NCBI GenBank assembly: GCA_964016885.1
Contig: OZ024743.1
Coordinates: forward strand, 298,778,001 to 298,842,000
Direction of reading: 5' to 3'
DNA from: Eledone cirrhosa
Taxonomy: Eukaryota
DNA: 64,000 nt
Translations under genes and position numbers: made by a program
Shown here: positions 33,120-50,000 of the stretch, piece by piece
How positions within the stretch are numbered: position 1 is the first letter of the stretch
How the letters are laid out: each line of letters opens with the position of its first letter
Notes under the pieces: model-generated
Told to the model about the DNA's origin: nothing
Seen by the model: the letters and a program-made list of their open reading frames with translations, nothing else
Databases searched by the model: none

Positions 33120-36100
33120 ACCACAACAACACCTTCAACAGCAACATACCACACCACTAACATCCTCTATAACGACTAAAGACAATACCAGCAATAGTAA
33201 TAACCACAACAACACCTTCAACAGCAACATACCACACCACTAACATCCTCTATAACAACTAAAGACAATACCAGCAATAGTAATAACCACAAAACCTTCA
33301 ACAGCAACATACCACACCACTAACATCCTCTATAACAACTAAAGACAATTGCAGCAATAGTAATAACCACAACAACACCTTCAACAGCAACATACCACAC
33401 CACTAACATCCTCTATAACAACTAAAGACAATAGCAGCAGTAGTAATAACCACAACAACACCTTCAACAGCAGCATACCACACCACTAACATCCTCTACA
33501 ACAACTAAAGACAATACCAACTATAGTAATAACCACAACAACACCTTCTACAGCAACAGACCATAACACTAACATACTCTACAACAACTAAAGACAATAT
33601 CGTCAATAGTAATAACCACACCTTCAACAGCAACATACCACAACACTAACATCCTCTACAACATCTAAAGACAATACCAGCAATAGTAATAACCACAACA
33701 ACACCTTCAACAGCAACATACCACAACACTAACATCCTCTATAACAACTAAAGACAATAGCAGCAATAGTAATAACCACAACAACACCTTCAACAGCAAC
33801 AGACCACAACACTAACATCCTCTATAACAACTAAATACAATAGCAGCTATAGTAATAACCACAACAACACCTTCAACAGCAACATACCACAACACTAACA
33901 TCCTCTATAACAACTAAAGACAATATCGGCAATAGTGATAACCACACCTTCAACAGCAACATACCACACCACTAACATCCTCTATAACAACTAAAGACAA
34001 TACCAGCAATAGTAATAACCACAACAACACCTTAAACAGCAACAGACCACAACACTAACATCCTCTATAACAACTAAAGACAATACCAGCTATAGTAATA
34101 ACCACAACAACACCTTCAACAGCAACAGACCATAACACTAACATCCTCTACAACAACTAAAGACAATACCAGCAATAGTAATAACCACAACAACACCTTC
34201 AACAGCAACATACCACACCACTAACATCCTCTATAACAACTAAGGACAATACCAGCAATAGTAATAACCACAAAAACACCTTCAACAGCAACATACCACA
34301 ACACTAACATCCTCTATAACAACTAAAGACAATAGCAGCCATAGTAATAACCACAACAACACCTTCAACGGCAACAGACCACAACACTAACATCCTCTAT
34401 AACAACTAAATACAATAGCAGCTATAGTAATAACCACAACAACACCTTCAACAGCAACATACCACAAAACTAACATCCTCTATAACAACTAAAGACAATA
34501 TCGGCAATAGTAATAACCACAACAACACCTTCAACAGCAACATACCACACCACTAACATCCTCTATAACAACTAAATACAATAGCAGCTATAGTAATAAC
34601 CACAACAACACCTTCAACAGCAACATACCACAAAACTAACATCCTCTATAACAACTAAAGACAATATCGGCAATAGTAATAACCACAACAACACGTTCAA
34701 CAGCAACATACGACACCACTAACATCCTCTATAACAACTAAATACAATAGCAGCTATAGTAATAACCACAACAACACCTTCAACAGCAACATACCACAAC
34801 ACTAACATCCTCTATAACAACTAAAGACAATATCGGCAATAGTAATAACCACAACAACACCTTCAACAGCAACATACCACACCACTAACATCCTCTATAA
34901 CAACTAAAGACAATACAAGCAATAGTAATAACCACAACACCTTCAACAGCAACATACCACAACACTAACATCCTCTACAATATCTAAAGACAATAGCAGC
35001 CATAGTAATAACCACAACAACACATTCAACAGCAACATACCACAACACTAATATCCTCTATATCAACTAAAGACAATACCAGCAATAGTAATAACCACAA
35101 GAACACCTTCAACAGCAACATACCACAACACTAACATCCTCTATAACAACTAAAGACAATACCAGCAATAGTAATAACCACAACAACACCTTCAACAGCA
35201 ACATACCACACCACTAACATCCTCTATAACAACTAAAGACAATACCAGCAATAGTAATAACCACAACAACACCATAAACAGCAACATACCACACCACTAA
35301 CATCCTCTATAACAACTAAAGACAATACCAGCAATATTAATAACCACAACAACACCTTCAACAGCAACATACCACACCACTAACATCCTCTATAACAAAT
35401 AAAGACAATAGCAGCAATAGTAATAACCACAACAACACCTTCAACAGCAACATACCACACCACTAACATCCTCTATAACAACTAAAGACAATACCAGCAA
35501 TAGTAATAACCACAACAACAGCTTCAACAGCAAAATACCACACCACTAACATCCTCTATAACAACTAAAGACAATAGCAGCAATAGTAATAACCACAACA
35601 ACACCTTCAACAGCAGCATACCACACCACTAACATCCTCTATAACAACTAAAGACAATACCAGCAATAGTAATAACCACAACAACACCTTCAACAACAAC
35701 ATACCACAACACTAACATCCTCTATAACAACTAAAGACAATAGCAGCAATAGTAATAACCACAACAACACCTTCAACAGCAACATACCACAACACTAACA
35801 TCCTCTATAACAACTAAAGACAATACCAGAAATAGTAATAAGCACAACAACACCTTCAACAGCAACATACCACAACACTAACATCCTCTATAACAACTAA
35901 AGACAATAGCAGCAATAGTAATAACCACAACAACACCTTCAACAGCAACAGACCACAACACTAACTTGCTCTATAACAACTAAAGACAAGACCGGCAATA
36001 GTAATAACCACAACAACACCTTCAACAGCAACATACCACACCACTAACATCCTCTATAACAACTAAAGACAATATCGGCAATAGTAATAACCACACCTTC

Positions 36101-39100
36101 AACAGCAACATACCACACCACTAACATCCTCTATAACAACTAAAGACAATACCGGCAATAGTAATAACCACAACAACACCTTCAACAGCAACATACCACA
36201 ACACTAACATCTTCTACAACAACTAAAGACAAGACCGGCAATAGTAATAACCACAACAACACCTTCAACAGCAACATACCACACCACTAACATCCTCTAT
36301 AACGACTAAAGACAATACCAGCAATAGTAATAACCACAACAACACCTTCAACAGCAACATACCACACCACTAACATCCTCTATAACAACTAAAGACAATA
36401 CCAGCAATAGTAATAACCACAAAACCTTCAACAGCAACATACCACACCACTAACATCCTCTATAACAACTAAAGACAATTGCAGCAATAGTAATAACCAC
36501 AACAACACCTTCAACAGCAACATACCACACCACTAACATCCTCTATAACAACAAAAGACAATAGCAGCAGTAGTAATAACCACAACAACACCTTCAACAG
36601 CAGCATACCACACCACTAACATCCTCTACAACAACTAAAGACAATACCAACTATAGTAATAACCACAACAACACCTTCTACAGCAACAGACCATAACACT
36701 AACATACTCTACAACAACTAAAGACAATATCGTCAATAGTAATAACCACACCTTCAACAGCAACATACCACAACACTAACATCCTCTACAACATCTAAAG
36801 ACAATACCAGCAATAGTAATAACCACAACAACACCTTCAACAGCAACATACCACAACACTAACATCCTCTATAACAACTAAAGACAATAGCAGCAATAGT
36901 AATAACCACAACAACACCTTCAACAGCAACAGACCACAACACTAACATCCTCTATAACAACTAAATACAATAGCAGCTATAGTAATAACCACAACAACAC
37001 CTTCAACAGCAACATACCACAACACTAACATCCTCTATAACAACTAAAGACAATATCGGCAATAGTGATAACCACACCTTCAACAGCAACATACCACACC
37101 ACTAACATCCTCTATAACAACTAAAGACAATACCAGCAATAGTAATAACCACAACAACACCTTAAACAGCAACAGACCACAACACTAACATCCTCTATAA
37201 CAACTAAAGACAATAGCAGCAATAGTAATAACCACAACAACACCTTCAACAGCATTATACCACAACACTAACATCCTCTATAACAACTAAAGACAATACC
37301 AGCTATAGTAATAACCACAACAACACCTTCAACAGCAACAGACCATAACACTAACATCCTCTACAACAACTAAAGACAATACCAGCAATAGTAATAACCA
37401 CAACAACACCTTCAACAGCAACATACCACACCACTAACATCCTCTATAACAACTAAGGACAATACCAGCAATAGTAATAACCACAAAAACACCTTCAACA
37501 GCAACATACCACAACACTAACATCCTCTATAACAACTAAATACAATAGCAGCTATAGTAATAACCACAACAACACCTTCAACAGCAACATACCACAAAAC
37601 TAACATCCTCTATAACAACTAAAGACAATATCGGCAATAGTAATAACCACAACAACACCTTCAACAGCAACATACCACACCACTAACATCCTCTATAACA
37701 ACTAAATACAATAGCAGCTATAGTAATAACCACAACAACACCTTCAACAGCAACATACCACAAAACTAACATCCTCTATAACAACTAAAGACAATATCGG
37801 CAATAGTAATAACCACAACAACACGTTCAACAGCAACATACGACACCACTAACATCCTCTATAACAACTAAATACAATAGCAGCTATAGTAATAACCACA
37901 ACAACACCTTCAACAGCAACATACCACAACACTAACATCCTCTATAACAACTAAAGACAATATCGGCAATAGTAATAACCACAACAACACCTTCAACAGC
38001 AACATACCACACCACTAACATCCTCTATAACAACTAAAGACAATACAAGCAATAGTAATAACCACAACACCTTCAACAGCAACATACCACAACACTAACA
38101 TCCTCTACAATATCTAAAGACAATACCAGCCATAGTAATAACCACAACAACACATTCAACAGCAACATACCACAACACTAATATCCTCTATATCAACTAA
38201 AGACAATACCAGCAATAGTAATAACCACAAGAACACCTTCAACAGCAACATACCACAACACTAACATCCTCTATAACAACTAAAGACAATACCAGCAATA
38301 GTAATAACCACAACAACACCTTCAACAGCAACATACCACACCACTAACATCCTCTATAACAACTAAAGACAATACCAGCAATAGTAATAACCACAACAAC
38401 ACCATAAACAGCAACATACCACACCACTAACATCCTCTATAACAACTAAAGACAATACCAGCAATAGTAATAACCACAACAACACCTTCAACAGCAACAT
38501 ACCACACCACTAACATCCTCTATAACAAATAAAGACAATAGCAGCAATAGTAATAACCACAACAACACCTTCAACAGCAACATACCACACCACTAACATC
38601 CTCTATAACAACTAAAGACAATACCAGCAATAGTAATAACCACAACAACAGCTTCAACAGCAAAATACCACACCACTAACATCCTCTATAACAACTAAAG
38701 ACAATAGCAGCAATAGTAATAACCACAACAACACCTTCAACAGCAGCATACAACACCACTAACATCCTCTATAACAACTAAAGACAATACCAGCAATAGT
38801 AATAACCACAACAACACCTTCAACAACAACATACCACAACACTAACATCCTCTATAACAACTAAAGACAATAGCAGCAATAGTAATAACCACAACAACAC
38901 CTTCAACAGCAACATACCACAACACTAACATCCTCTATAACAACTAAAGACAATACCAGAAATAGTAATAAGCACAACAACACCTTCAACAGCAACATAC
39001 CACAACACTAACATCCTCTATAACAACTAAAGACAATAGCAGCAATAGTAATAACCACAACAACACCTTCAACAGCAACAGACCACAACACTAACATGCT

Positions 39101-39380
39101 CTATAACAACTAAAGACAATACCGGCAATAGTAATAACCACAACAACACCTTCAACAGCAACATACCACAACACTAACATCTTCTACAACAACTAAAGAC
39201 AAGACCGGCAATAGTAATAACCACAACAACACCTTCAACAGCAACATACCACACCACTAACATCCTCTATAACAACTAAAGACAATATCGGCAATAGTAA
39301 TAACCACACCTTCAACAGCAACATACCACACCACTAACATCCTCTATAACAACTAAAGACAATACCAGCAATAGTAATAA
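33120..39380. repeat. 3130-bp tandem duplication (38 monomers)
   Basis: CCTTCTACAG...CATACTCT at 33549/36679, ACCATAAAC at 35271/38401 and GCTTCAAC at 35521/38651 are all 3130 apart (38x83-24). Confidence 0.9.
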
Positions 39381-42300
39381 CCACAACAACACCTTCAACA
39401 GCAACAGACCACAACACTAACATCCTCTATAACAACTAAAGACAATAGCAGCAATAGTAATAACCACAACAACACCTTCAACAGCAGCATACCACAACAC
39501 TAACATCCTCTATAACAACTAAAGACAATACCAGCAATAGTAATAACCACAACAACACATTCAACAGCAACATACCACACCACTAACATCCTCTATAAAA
39601 ACTAAAGACAATAGCAGCAATTGAAATAACCACAACAACACCTTCAACAGCAACATACCACACCACTAACATCCTCTACAACAACTAAAGACAATACCAG
39701 CTATAGTAATAACCACAACAACACATTCAACAGCAACAGACCACACCACTAACATCCTCTATAATAACTAAAGACAATAGCAGCAATAGTAATAACCACA
39801 ACACCTTCAACAGCAACAGACCACAACACTAACTTCCTCTATAACAACTAAAGACAATAGCAGCAATAGTAATAACCACAACAACACCTTCAACAGCAAC
39901 ATACCACACCACTAACATCTTCTATAACAAATAAAGACAATACCAGCAATAGTAATAACCACAACAACACCTTCAACAGCAACATACCACACCACTAACA
40001 TCCTCTATAACAACTAAAGACAATACCGGCAATAGTAATAACCACAACAACACCTTCAACAGCAACAGACCACAACACTAACATCCTCTATAACAACTAA
40101 AGACAATAGCAGCAATAGTAATAGCCACAACAACACATTCAACATCAACATACCACAACACTAACATCGTCTATAACAACTAAAGACAATACCAGCAATA
40201 GTAATAACCACAACAACACCTTCAACAGCAACATACGACACCACTAACATCCTCTATAACAACTGAAGACAATACCGGCAATAGTAATAACCACAACAAC
40301 ACCTTCAACAGCAACAGACCACAACACTAACATCCTCTACAACAACTAAAGACAATAGAAGCAATAGTAATAACAACAAAAACACCTTCAACAGCAACAT
40401 ACCACAACACTGACATCCTCTACAACAACTAAAGACAATACCAGCAATAGTAATAACCACAACAACACCTTCAATAGCAACAGACCACAAAACTAACATC
40501 CTCTACAACAATTAAAGACAATACCAGCAATAGTAATAACCACAACAACACCTTCAACAGCAACATACCACAACACTAACATCCTCTATAACAACTAAAG
40601 ACAATAGCAGCAATAGTAATAACCACAACAACATCTTCAAGAGCAACAGACCACAACACTAACATCCTCTATAACAACTAAAAACAATAGCAGCAATAGT
40701 AATAACCACAACAACACCTTCAACAGCAACATACCACAACACTAACATCCTCTACAACAACTAAACACAATAGCAGCAATAGTAATAACCACAACAACAC
40801 CTTCAACAGCAACATACCACAACACTAACATCCTCTACAACAACTAAAGACAATAGCAGCAATAGTAATAACCACAACAACACCTTCAACAGCAACATAC
40901 CACAACACTAACATCCTCTACAACATCTAAAGACAATACCAGCAATAGTAATAACCACAACAACACCTTCAACAGCAACATACGACACCACTAACATCCT
41001 CTATAACAACTGAAGACAATACCGGCAATAGTAATAACCACAACAACACCTTCAACAGCAACAGACCACAACACTAACATCCTCTACAACAACTAAAGAC
41101 AATAGAAGCAATAGTAATAACAACAAAAACACCTTCAACAGCAACATACCACAACACTGACATCCTCTACAACAACTAAAGACAATACCAGCAATAGTAA
41201 TAACCACAACAACACCTTCAATAGCAACAGACCACAAAACTAACATCCTCTACAACAACTAAAGACAATACCAGCAATAGTAATAACCACAACAACACCT
41301 TCAACAGCAACATACCACAACACTAACATCCTCTACAACAACTAAAGACAATAGCAGCAATAGTAATAACCACAACAACACCTTCAACAGCAACAGACCA
41401 CAACACTAACATCCTCTATAACAACTAAAGACAATAGCAGCAATAGTAATAACCACAACAATACCTTCAACAGCAACAGACCACAACACTAACATCCTCT
41501 ACAACAATTAAAGACAATAGCAGCAATAGTAATAACCACAACAACACCTTCAACAGCAACAGACCACAACACTAACATCCTCTATAACAACTAAAGACGA
41601 TACCGGCAATAGTAATAACCACAACAACACCTTCAACAGCAACATACCACAACACTAACATCCTATACAACAACTAAAGACAATACCGGCAATAGTAATA
41701 ACCACAACAACACCTTCAACAGCAACATACCACACCACTAACATCCTCTATAACAACTAAAGACAATAGCAGCAATAGTAATAACCACAACAACACCTTC
41801 AACAGCAACATACCACACCACTAACATCCTCTATAACGACTAAAGACAATACCAGCAATAGTAATAACCACAACAACACCTTCAACAGCAACATACCACA
41901 CCACTAACATCCTCTATAACAACTAAAGACAATACCAGCAATAGTAATAACCACAAAACCTTCAACAGCAACATACCACACCACTAACATCCTCTATAAC
42001 AACTAAAGACAATTGCAGCAATAGTAATAACCACAACAACACCTTCAACAGCAACATACCACACCACTAACATCCTCTATAACAACTAAAGACAATACCA
42101 ACTATAGTAATAACCACAACAACACCTTCTACAGCAACAGACCATAACACTAACATCCTCTACAACAACTAAAGACAATATCGTCAATAGTAATAACCAC
42201 ACCTTCAACAGCAACATACCACAACACTAACATCCTCTACAACATCTAAAGACAATACCAGCAATAGTAATAACCACAACAACACCTTCAACAGCAACAT

Positions 42301-45300
42301 ACCACAACACTAACATCCTCTATAACAACTAAAGACAATAGCAGCAATAGTAATAACCACAACAACACCTTCAACAGCAACAGACCACAACACTAACATC
42401 CTCTATAACAACTAAATACAATAGCAGCTATAGTAATAACCACAACAACACCTTCAACAGCAACATACCACAACACTAACATCCTCTATAACAACTAAAG
42501 ACAATATCGGCAATAGTGATAACCACAACTTCAACAGCAACATACCACACCACTAACATCCTCTATAACAACTAAAGACAATACCAGCAATAGTAATAAC
42601 CACAACAACACCTTAAACAGCAACAGACCACAACACTAACATCCTCTACAACAACTAAAGACAATACCAGCAATAGTAATAACCACAACAACACCTTCAA
42701 CAGCAACATACCACACCACTAACATCCTCTATAACAACTAAGGACAATACCAGCAATAGTAATAACCACAAAAACACCTTCAACAGCAACATACCACAAC
42801 ACTAACATCCTCTATAACAACTAAAGACAATAGCAGCCATAGTAATAACCACAACAACACCTTCAACGGCAACAGACCACAACACTAACATCCTCTATAA
42901 CAACTAAATACAATAGCAGCTATAGTAATAACCACAACAACACCTTCAACAGCAACATACCACAAAACTAACATCCTCTATAACAACTAAAGACAATATC
43001 GGCAATAGTAATAACCACAACAACACCTTCAACAGCAACATACCACACCACTAACATCCTCTATAACAACTAAATACAATAGCAGCTATAGTAATAACCA
43101 CAACAACACCTTCAACAGCAACATACCACAAAACTAACATCCTCTATAACAACTAAAGACAATATCGGCAATAGTAATAACCACAACAACACGTTCAACA
43201 GCAACATACCACACCACTAAAATCCTCTATAACAACTAAATACAATAGCAGCTATAGTAATAACCACAACAACACCTTCAACAGCAACATACCACAACAC
43301 TAACATCCTCTATAACAACTAAAGACAATATCGGCAATAGTAATAACCACAACAACACCTTCAACAGCAACATACCACACCACTAACATCCTCTATAGCA
43401 ACTAAAGACAATACAAGCAATAGTAATAACCACAACACCTTCAACAGCAACATACCACAACACTAACATCCTCTACAACATCTAAAGACAATACCAGCCA
43501 TAGTAATAACCACAACAACACATTCAACAGCAACATACCACAACACTAATATCCTCTATATCAACTAAAGACAATACCAGCAATAGTAATAACCACAACA
43601 ACACCTTCAACAGCAACATACCACAACACTAACATCCTCTATAACAACTAAAGACAATACCAGCAATAGTAATAACCACAACAACACCTTCAACAGCAAC
43701 ATACCACACCACTAACATCCTCTAAAACAACTAAAGACAATACCAGCAATAGTAATAACCACAACAACACCATAAACAGCAACATACCACACCACTAACA
43801 TCCTCTATAACAACTAAAGACAATACCAGCAATAGTAATAACCACAACAACACCTTCAACAACAACATACCACAACACTAACATCCTCTATAACAACTAA
43901 AGACAATAGCAGCAATAGTAATAACCACAACAACACATTCAACAGCAACATACCACAACACTAACATCCTCTATAACAACTAAAGACAATACCAGCAATA
44001 GTAATAACCACAACAACACCTTCAACAGCAACATACCACACCACTAACATCCTCTATAACAAATAAAGACAATAGCAGCAATAGTAATAACCACAACAAC
44101 ACCTTCAACAGCAACATACCACACCACTAACATCCTCTATAACAACTAAAGACAATACCAGCAATAGTAATAACCACAACAACACCTTCAACAGCAAAAT
44201 ACCACACCACTAACATCCTCTATAACAACTAAAGACAATAGCAGCAATAGTAATAACCACAACAACACCTTCAACAGCAGCATACCACACCACTAACATC
44301 CTCTATAACAACTAAAGACAATACCAGCAATAGTAATAACCACAACAACACCTTCAACAACAACATACCACAACACTAACATCCTCTATAACAACTAAAG
44401 ACAATAGCAGCAATAGTAATAACCACAACAACACATTCAACAGCAACATACCACAACACTAACATCCTCTATAACAACTAAAGACAATACCAGAAATAGT
44501 AATAAGCACAACAACACCTTCAACAGCAACATACCACAACACTAACATCCTCTATAACAACTAAAGACAATAGCAGCAATAGTAATAACCACAACAACAC
44601 CTTCAACAGCAAGAGACCACAACACTAACATGCTCTATAACAACTAAAGACAATACCGGCAATAGTAATAACCACAACAACACCTTCAACAGCAACATAC
44701 CACAACACTAACATCTTCTACAACAACTAAAGACAAGACCGGCAATAGTAATAACCACAACAACACCTTCAACAGCAACATACCACACCACTAACATCCT
44801 CTATAACAACTAAAGACAATATCGGCAATAGAAATAACCACACCTTCAACAGCAACATACCACACCACTAACATCCTCTATAACAACTAAAGACAATACC
44901 AGCAATAGTAATAACCACAACAACACCTTCAACAGCAACAGACCACAACACTAACATCCTCTATAACAACTAAAGACAATAGCAGCAATAGTAATAACCA
45001 CAACAACACCTTCAACAGCAGCATACCACAACACTAACATCCTCTATAACAACTAAAGACAATACCAGAAATAGTAATAACCACAACAACACATTCAACA
45101 GCAACATACCACACCACTAACATCCTCTATAAAAACTAAAGACAATAGCAGCAATTGAAATAACCACAACAACACCTTCAACAGCAACATACCACACCAC
45201 TAACATCCTCTACAACAACTAAAGACAATACCAGCTATAGTAATAACCACAACAACACCTTCAACAGCAACAGACCACACAACTAACATCCTCTATAATA

Positions 45301-46749
45301 ACTAAAGACAATAGCAGCAATAGTAATAACCACAACACCTTCAACAGCAACAGACCACAACACTAACTTCCTCTATAACAACTAAAGACAATAGCAGCAA
45401 TAGTAATAACCACAACAACACATTCAACAGCAACATACCACACCACTAACATCTTCTATAACAACTAAAGACAATACCAGCAATAGTAATAACCACAACA
45501 ACACCTTCAAGAGCAACATACCACACCACTAACATCCTCTATAACAACTAAAGACAATACCGGCAATAGTAATAACCACAACAACACCTTCAACAGCAAC
45601 AGACCACAACACTAACATCCTCTATAACAACTAAAGACAATAGCAGCAATAGTAATAACCACAACAACACCTTCAATAGCAACAGTCCACAAAACTAACA
45701 TCCTCTACAACAACTAAAGACAATACCAGCAATAGTAATAACCACAACAACACCTTCAACAGCAACAGACCACAACACTAACATCCTCTATAACAACTAA
45801 AGACAATAGCAGCAATAGTAATAGCCACAACAACACATTCAACATCAACATACCACAACACTAACATCGTCTATAACAACTAAAGACAATACCAGCAATA
45901 GTAATAACCACAACAACACCTTCAACAGCAACATACGACACCACTAACATCCTCAATAACAACTGAAGACAATACCGGCAATAGTAATAACCACAACAAC
46001 ACCTTCAACAGCAACAGACCACAACACTAACATCCTCTACAACAACTAAAGACAATAGAAGCAATAGTAATAACAACAAAAACACCTTCAACAGCAACAT
46101 ACCACAACACTGACATCCTCTACAACAACTAAAGACAATACCAGCAATAGTAATAACCACAACAACACCTTCAACAGCAACATACCACAACACTAACATC
46201 CTCTATAACAACTAAAGACAATAGCAGCAATAGTAATAACCACAACAACATCTTCAAGAGCAACAGACCACAACACTAACATCCTCTATAACAACTAAAA
46301 ACAATAGCAGCAATAGTAATAACCACAACAACACCTTCAACAGCAACATACCACAACACTAACATCCTCTACAACAACTAAACACAATAGCAGCAATAGT
46401 AATAACCACAACAACACCTTCAACAGCAACATACCACAACACTAACATCCTCTACAACAACTAAAGACAATAGCAGCAATAGTAATAACCACAACAACAC
46501 CTTAAACAGCAACAGACCACAACACTAACATCCTCTATAACAACTAAAGACAATAGCAGCAATAGTAATAACCACAAGAATACCTTCAACAGCAACAGAC
46601 CACAACACTAACATCCTCTACAACAATTAAAGACAATAGCAGCAATAGTAATAACCACAACAACACCTTCAACAGCAACAGACCACAACACTAACATCCT
46701 CTATAACAACTAAAGACGATACCGGCAATAGTAATAACCACAACAACAC

Positions 46750-49700
46750 CTTCAACAGCAACATACCACAACACTAACATCCTATACAACAACTAAAGAC
46801 AATACCGGCAATAGTAATAACCACAACAACACCTTCAACAGCAACATACCACACCACTAACATCCTCTATAACAACTAAAGACAATAGCAGCAATAGTAA
46901 TAACCACAACAACACCTTCAACAGCAACATACCACACCACTAACATCCTCTATAACGACTAAAGACAATACCAGCAATAGTAATAACCACAACAACACCT
47001 TCAACAGCAACATACCACACCACTAACATCCTCTATAACAACTAAAGACAATACCAGCAATAGTAATAACCACAAAACCTTCAACAGCAACATACCACAC
47101 CACTAACATCCTCTATAACAACTAAAGACAATTGCAGCAATAGTAATAACCACAACAACACCTTCAACAGCAACATACCACACCACTAACATCCTCTATA
47201 ACAACTAAAGACAATAGCAGCAATAGTAATAACCACAACAACACCTTCAACAGCAGCATACCACACCACTAACATCCTCTACAACAACTAAAGACAATAC
47301 CAACTATAGTAATAACCACAACAACACCTTCTACAGCAACAGACCATAACACTAACATCCTCTACAACAACTAAAGACAATATCGTCAATAGTAATAACC
47401 ACAACAACACCTTCAACAGCAACAGACCACAACACTAACATCCTCTATAATAACTAAAGACAATAGCAGCAATAGTAATAACCACAACAACACCTTCAAC
47501 AGCAACAGACCACAACACTAACATCCTCTATAACAACTAAAGACAATAGCAGCAATAGTAATAACCACAACAACACCTTCAACAGCAACATACCACAACA
47601 CTAACATCCTCTACAACATCTAAAGACAATACCAGCAATAGTAATAACCACAACAACACCTTCAACAGCAACATACCACAACACTAACATCCTCTATAAC
47701 AACTAAAGACAATAGCAGCAATAGTAATAACCACAACAACACCTTCAACAGCAACAGACCACAACACTAACATCTTCTATAACAACTAAATACAATAGCA
47801 GCTATAGTAATAACCACAACAACACCTTCAACAGCAACATACCACAACACTAACATCCTCTATAACAACTAAAGACAATATCGGCAATAGTGATAACCAC
47901 ACCTTCAACAGCAACATACCACACCACTAACATCCTCTATAACAACTAAAGACAATACCAGCAATAGTAATAACCACAACAACACATTAAACAGCAACAG
48001 ACCACAACACTAACATCCTCTATAACAACTAAAAACAATAGCAGCAATAGTAATAACCACAACAACACCTTCAACAGCATTATACCACAACACTAACATC
48101 CTCTATAACAACTAAAGACAATACCAGCTATAGTAATAACCACAACAACACCTTCAACAGCAACAGACCATAACACTAACATCCTCTACAACAACTAAAG
48201 ACAATACCAGCAATAGTAATAACCACAACAACACCTTCAACAGCAACATACCACACCACTAACATCCTCTATAACAACTAAGGACAATACCAGTAATAGT
48301 AATAACCACAAAAACACCTTCAACGGCAACAGACCACAACACTAACATCCTCTATAACAACTAAAAACAATAGCAGCAATAGTAATAACCACAACAACAC
48401 CTTCAACAGCAACATACCACAACACTAACATCCTATACAACAACTAAAGACAATACCGGCAATAGTAATAACCACAACAACACCTTCAACAGCAACATAC
48501 CACACCACTAACATCCTCTATAACAACTAAAGACAATAGCAGCAATAGTAATAACCACAACAACACCTTCAACAGCAACATACCACACCACTAACATCCT
48601 CTATAACGACTAAAGACAATACCAGCAATAGTAATAACCACAACAACACCTTCAACAGCAACATACCACACCACTAACATCCTCTATAACAACTAAAGAC
48701 AATACCAGCAATAGTAATAACCACAAAACCTTCAACAGCAACATACCACACCACTAACATCCTCTATAACAACTAAAGACAATTGCAGCAATAGTAATAA
48801 CCACAACAACACCTTCAACAGCAACATACCACACCACTAACATCCTCTATAACAACTAAAGACAATAGCAGCAATAGTAATAACCACAACAACACCTTCA
48901 ACAGCAGCATACCACACCACTAACATCCTCTACAACAACTAAAGACAATACCAACTATAGTAATAACCACAACAACACCTTCTACAGCAACAGACCATAA
49001 CACTAACATCCTCTACAACAACTAAAGACAATATCGTCAATAGTAATAACCACAACAACACCTTCAACAGCAACAGACCACAACACTAACATCCTCTATA
49101 ACAACTAAAGACAATAGCAGCAATAGTAATAACCACAACAACACCTTCAACAGCAACAGACCACAACACTAACATCCTCTATAACAACTAAAGACAATAG
49201 CAGCAATAGTAATAACCACAACAACACCTTCAACAGCAACATACCACAATACTAACATCCTCTACAACATCTAAAGACAATACCAGCAATAGTAATAACC
49301 ACAACAACACCTTCAACAGCAACATACCACAACACTAACATCCTCTATAACAACTAAAGACAATAGCAGCAATAGTAATAACCACAACAACACCTTCAAC
49401 AGCAACAGACCACAACACTAACATCCTCTATAACAACTAAATACAATAGCAGCTATAGTAATAACCACAACAACACCTTCAACAGCAACATACCACAACA
49501 CTAACATCCTCTATAACAACTAAAGACAATATCGGCAATAGTGATAACCACACCTTCAACAGCAACATACCACACCACTAACATCCTCTATAACAACTAA
49601 AGACAATACCAGCAATAGTAATAACCACAACAACACATTAAACAGCAACAGACCACAACACTAACATCCTCTATAACAACTAAAAACAATAGCAGCAATA

Positions 49701-50000
49701 GTAATAACCACAACAACACCTTCAACAGCATTATACCACAACACTAACATCCTCTATAACAACTAAAGACAATACCAGCTATAGTAATAACCACAACAAC
49801 ACCTTCAACAGCAACAGACCATAACACTAACATCCTCTACAACAACTAAAGACAATACCAGCAATAGTAATAACCACAACAACACCTTCAACAGCAACAT
49901 ACCACACCACTAACATCCTCTATAACAACTAAGGACAATACCAGCAATAGTAATAACCACAAAAACACCTTCAACGGCAACAGACCACAACACTAACATC
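46750..50000. repeat. 1651-bp tandem duplication (20 monomers)
   Basis: TTCTACAGC at 47332/48983 (1651 = 20x83-9). Both copies also share ACATTAAAC, GCATTATACC, AAGGAC and TATAACGAC. Confidence 0.85.
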
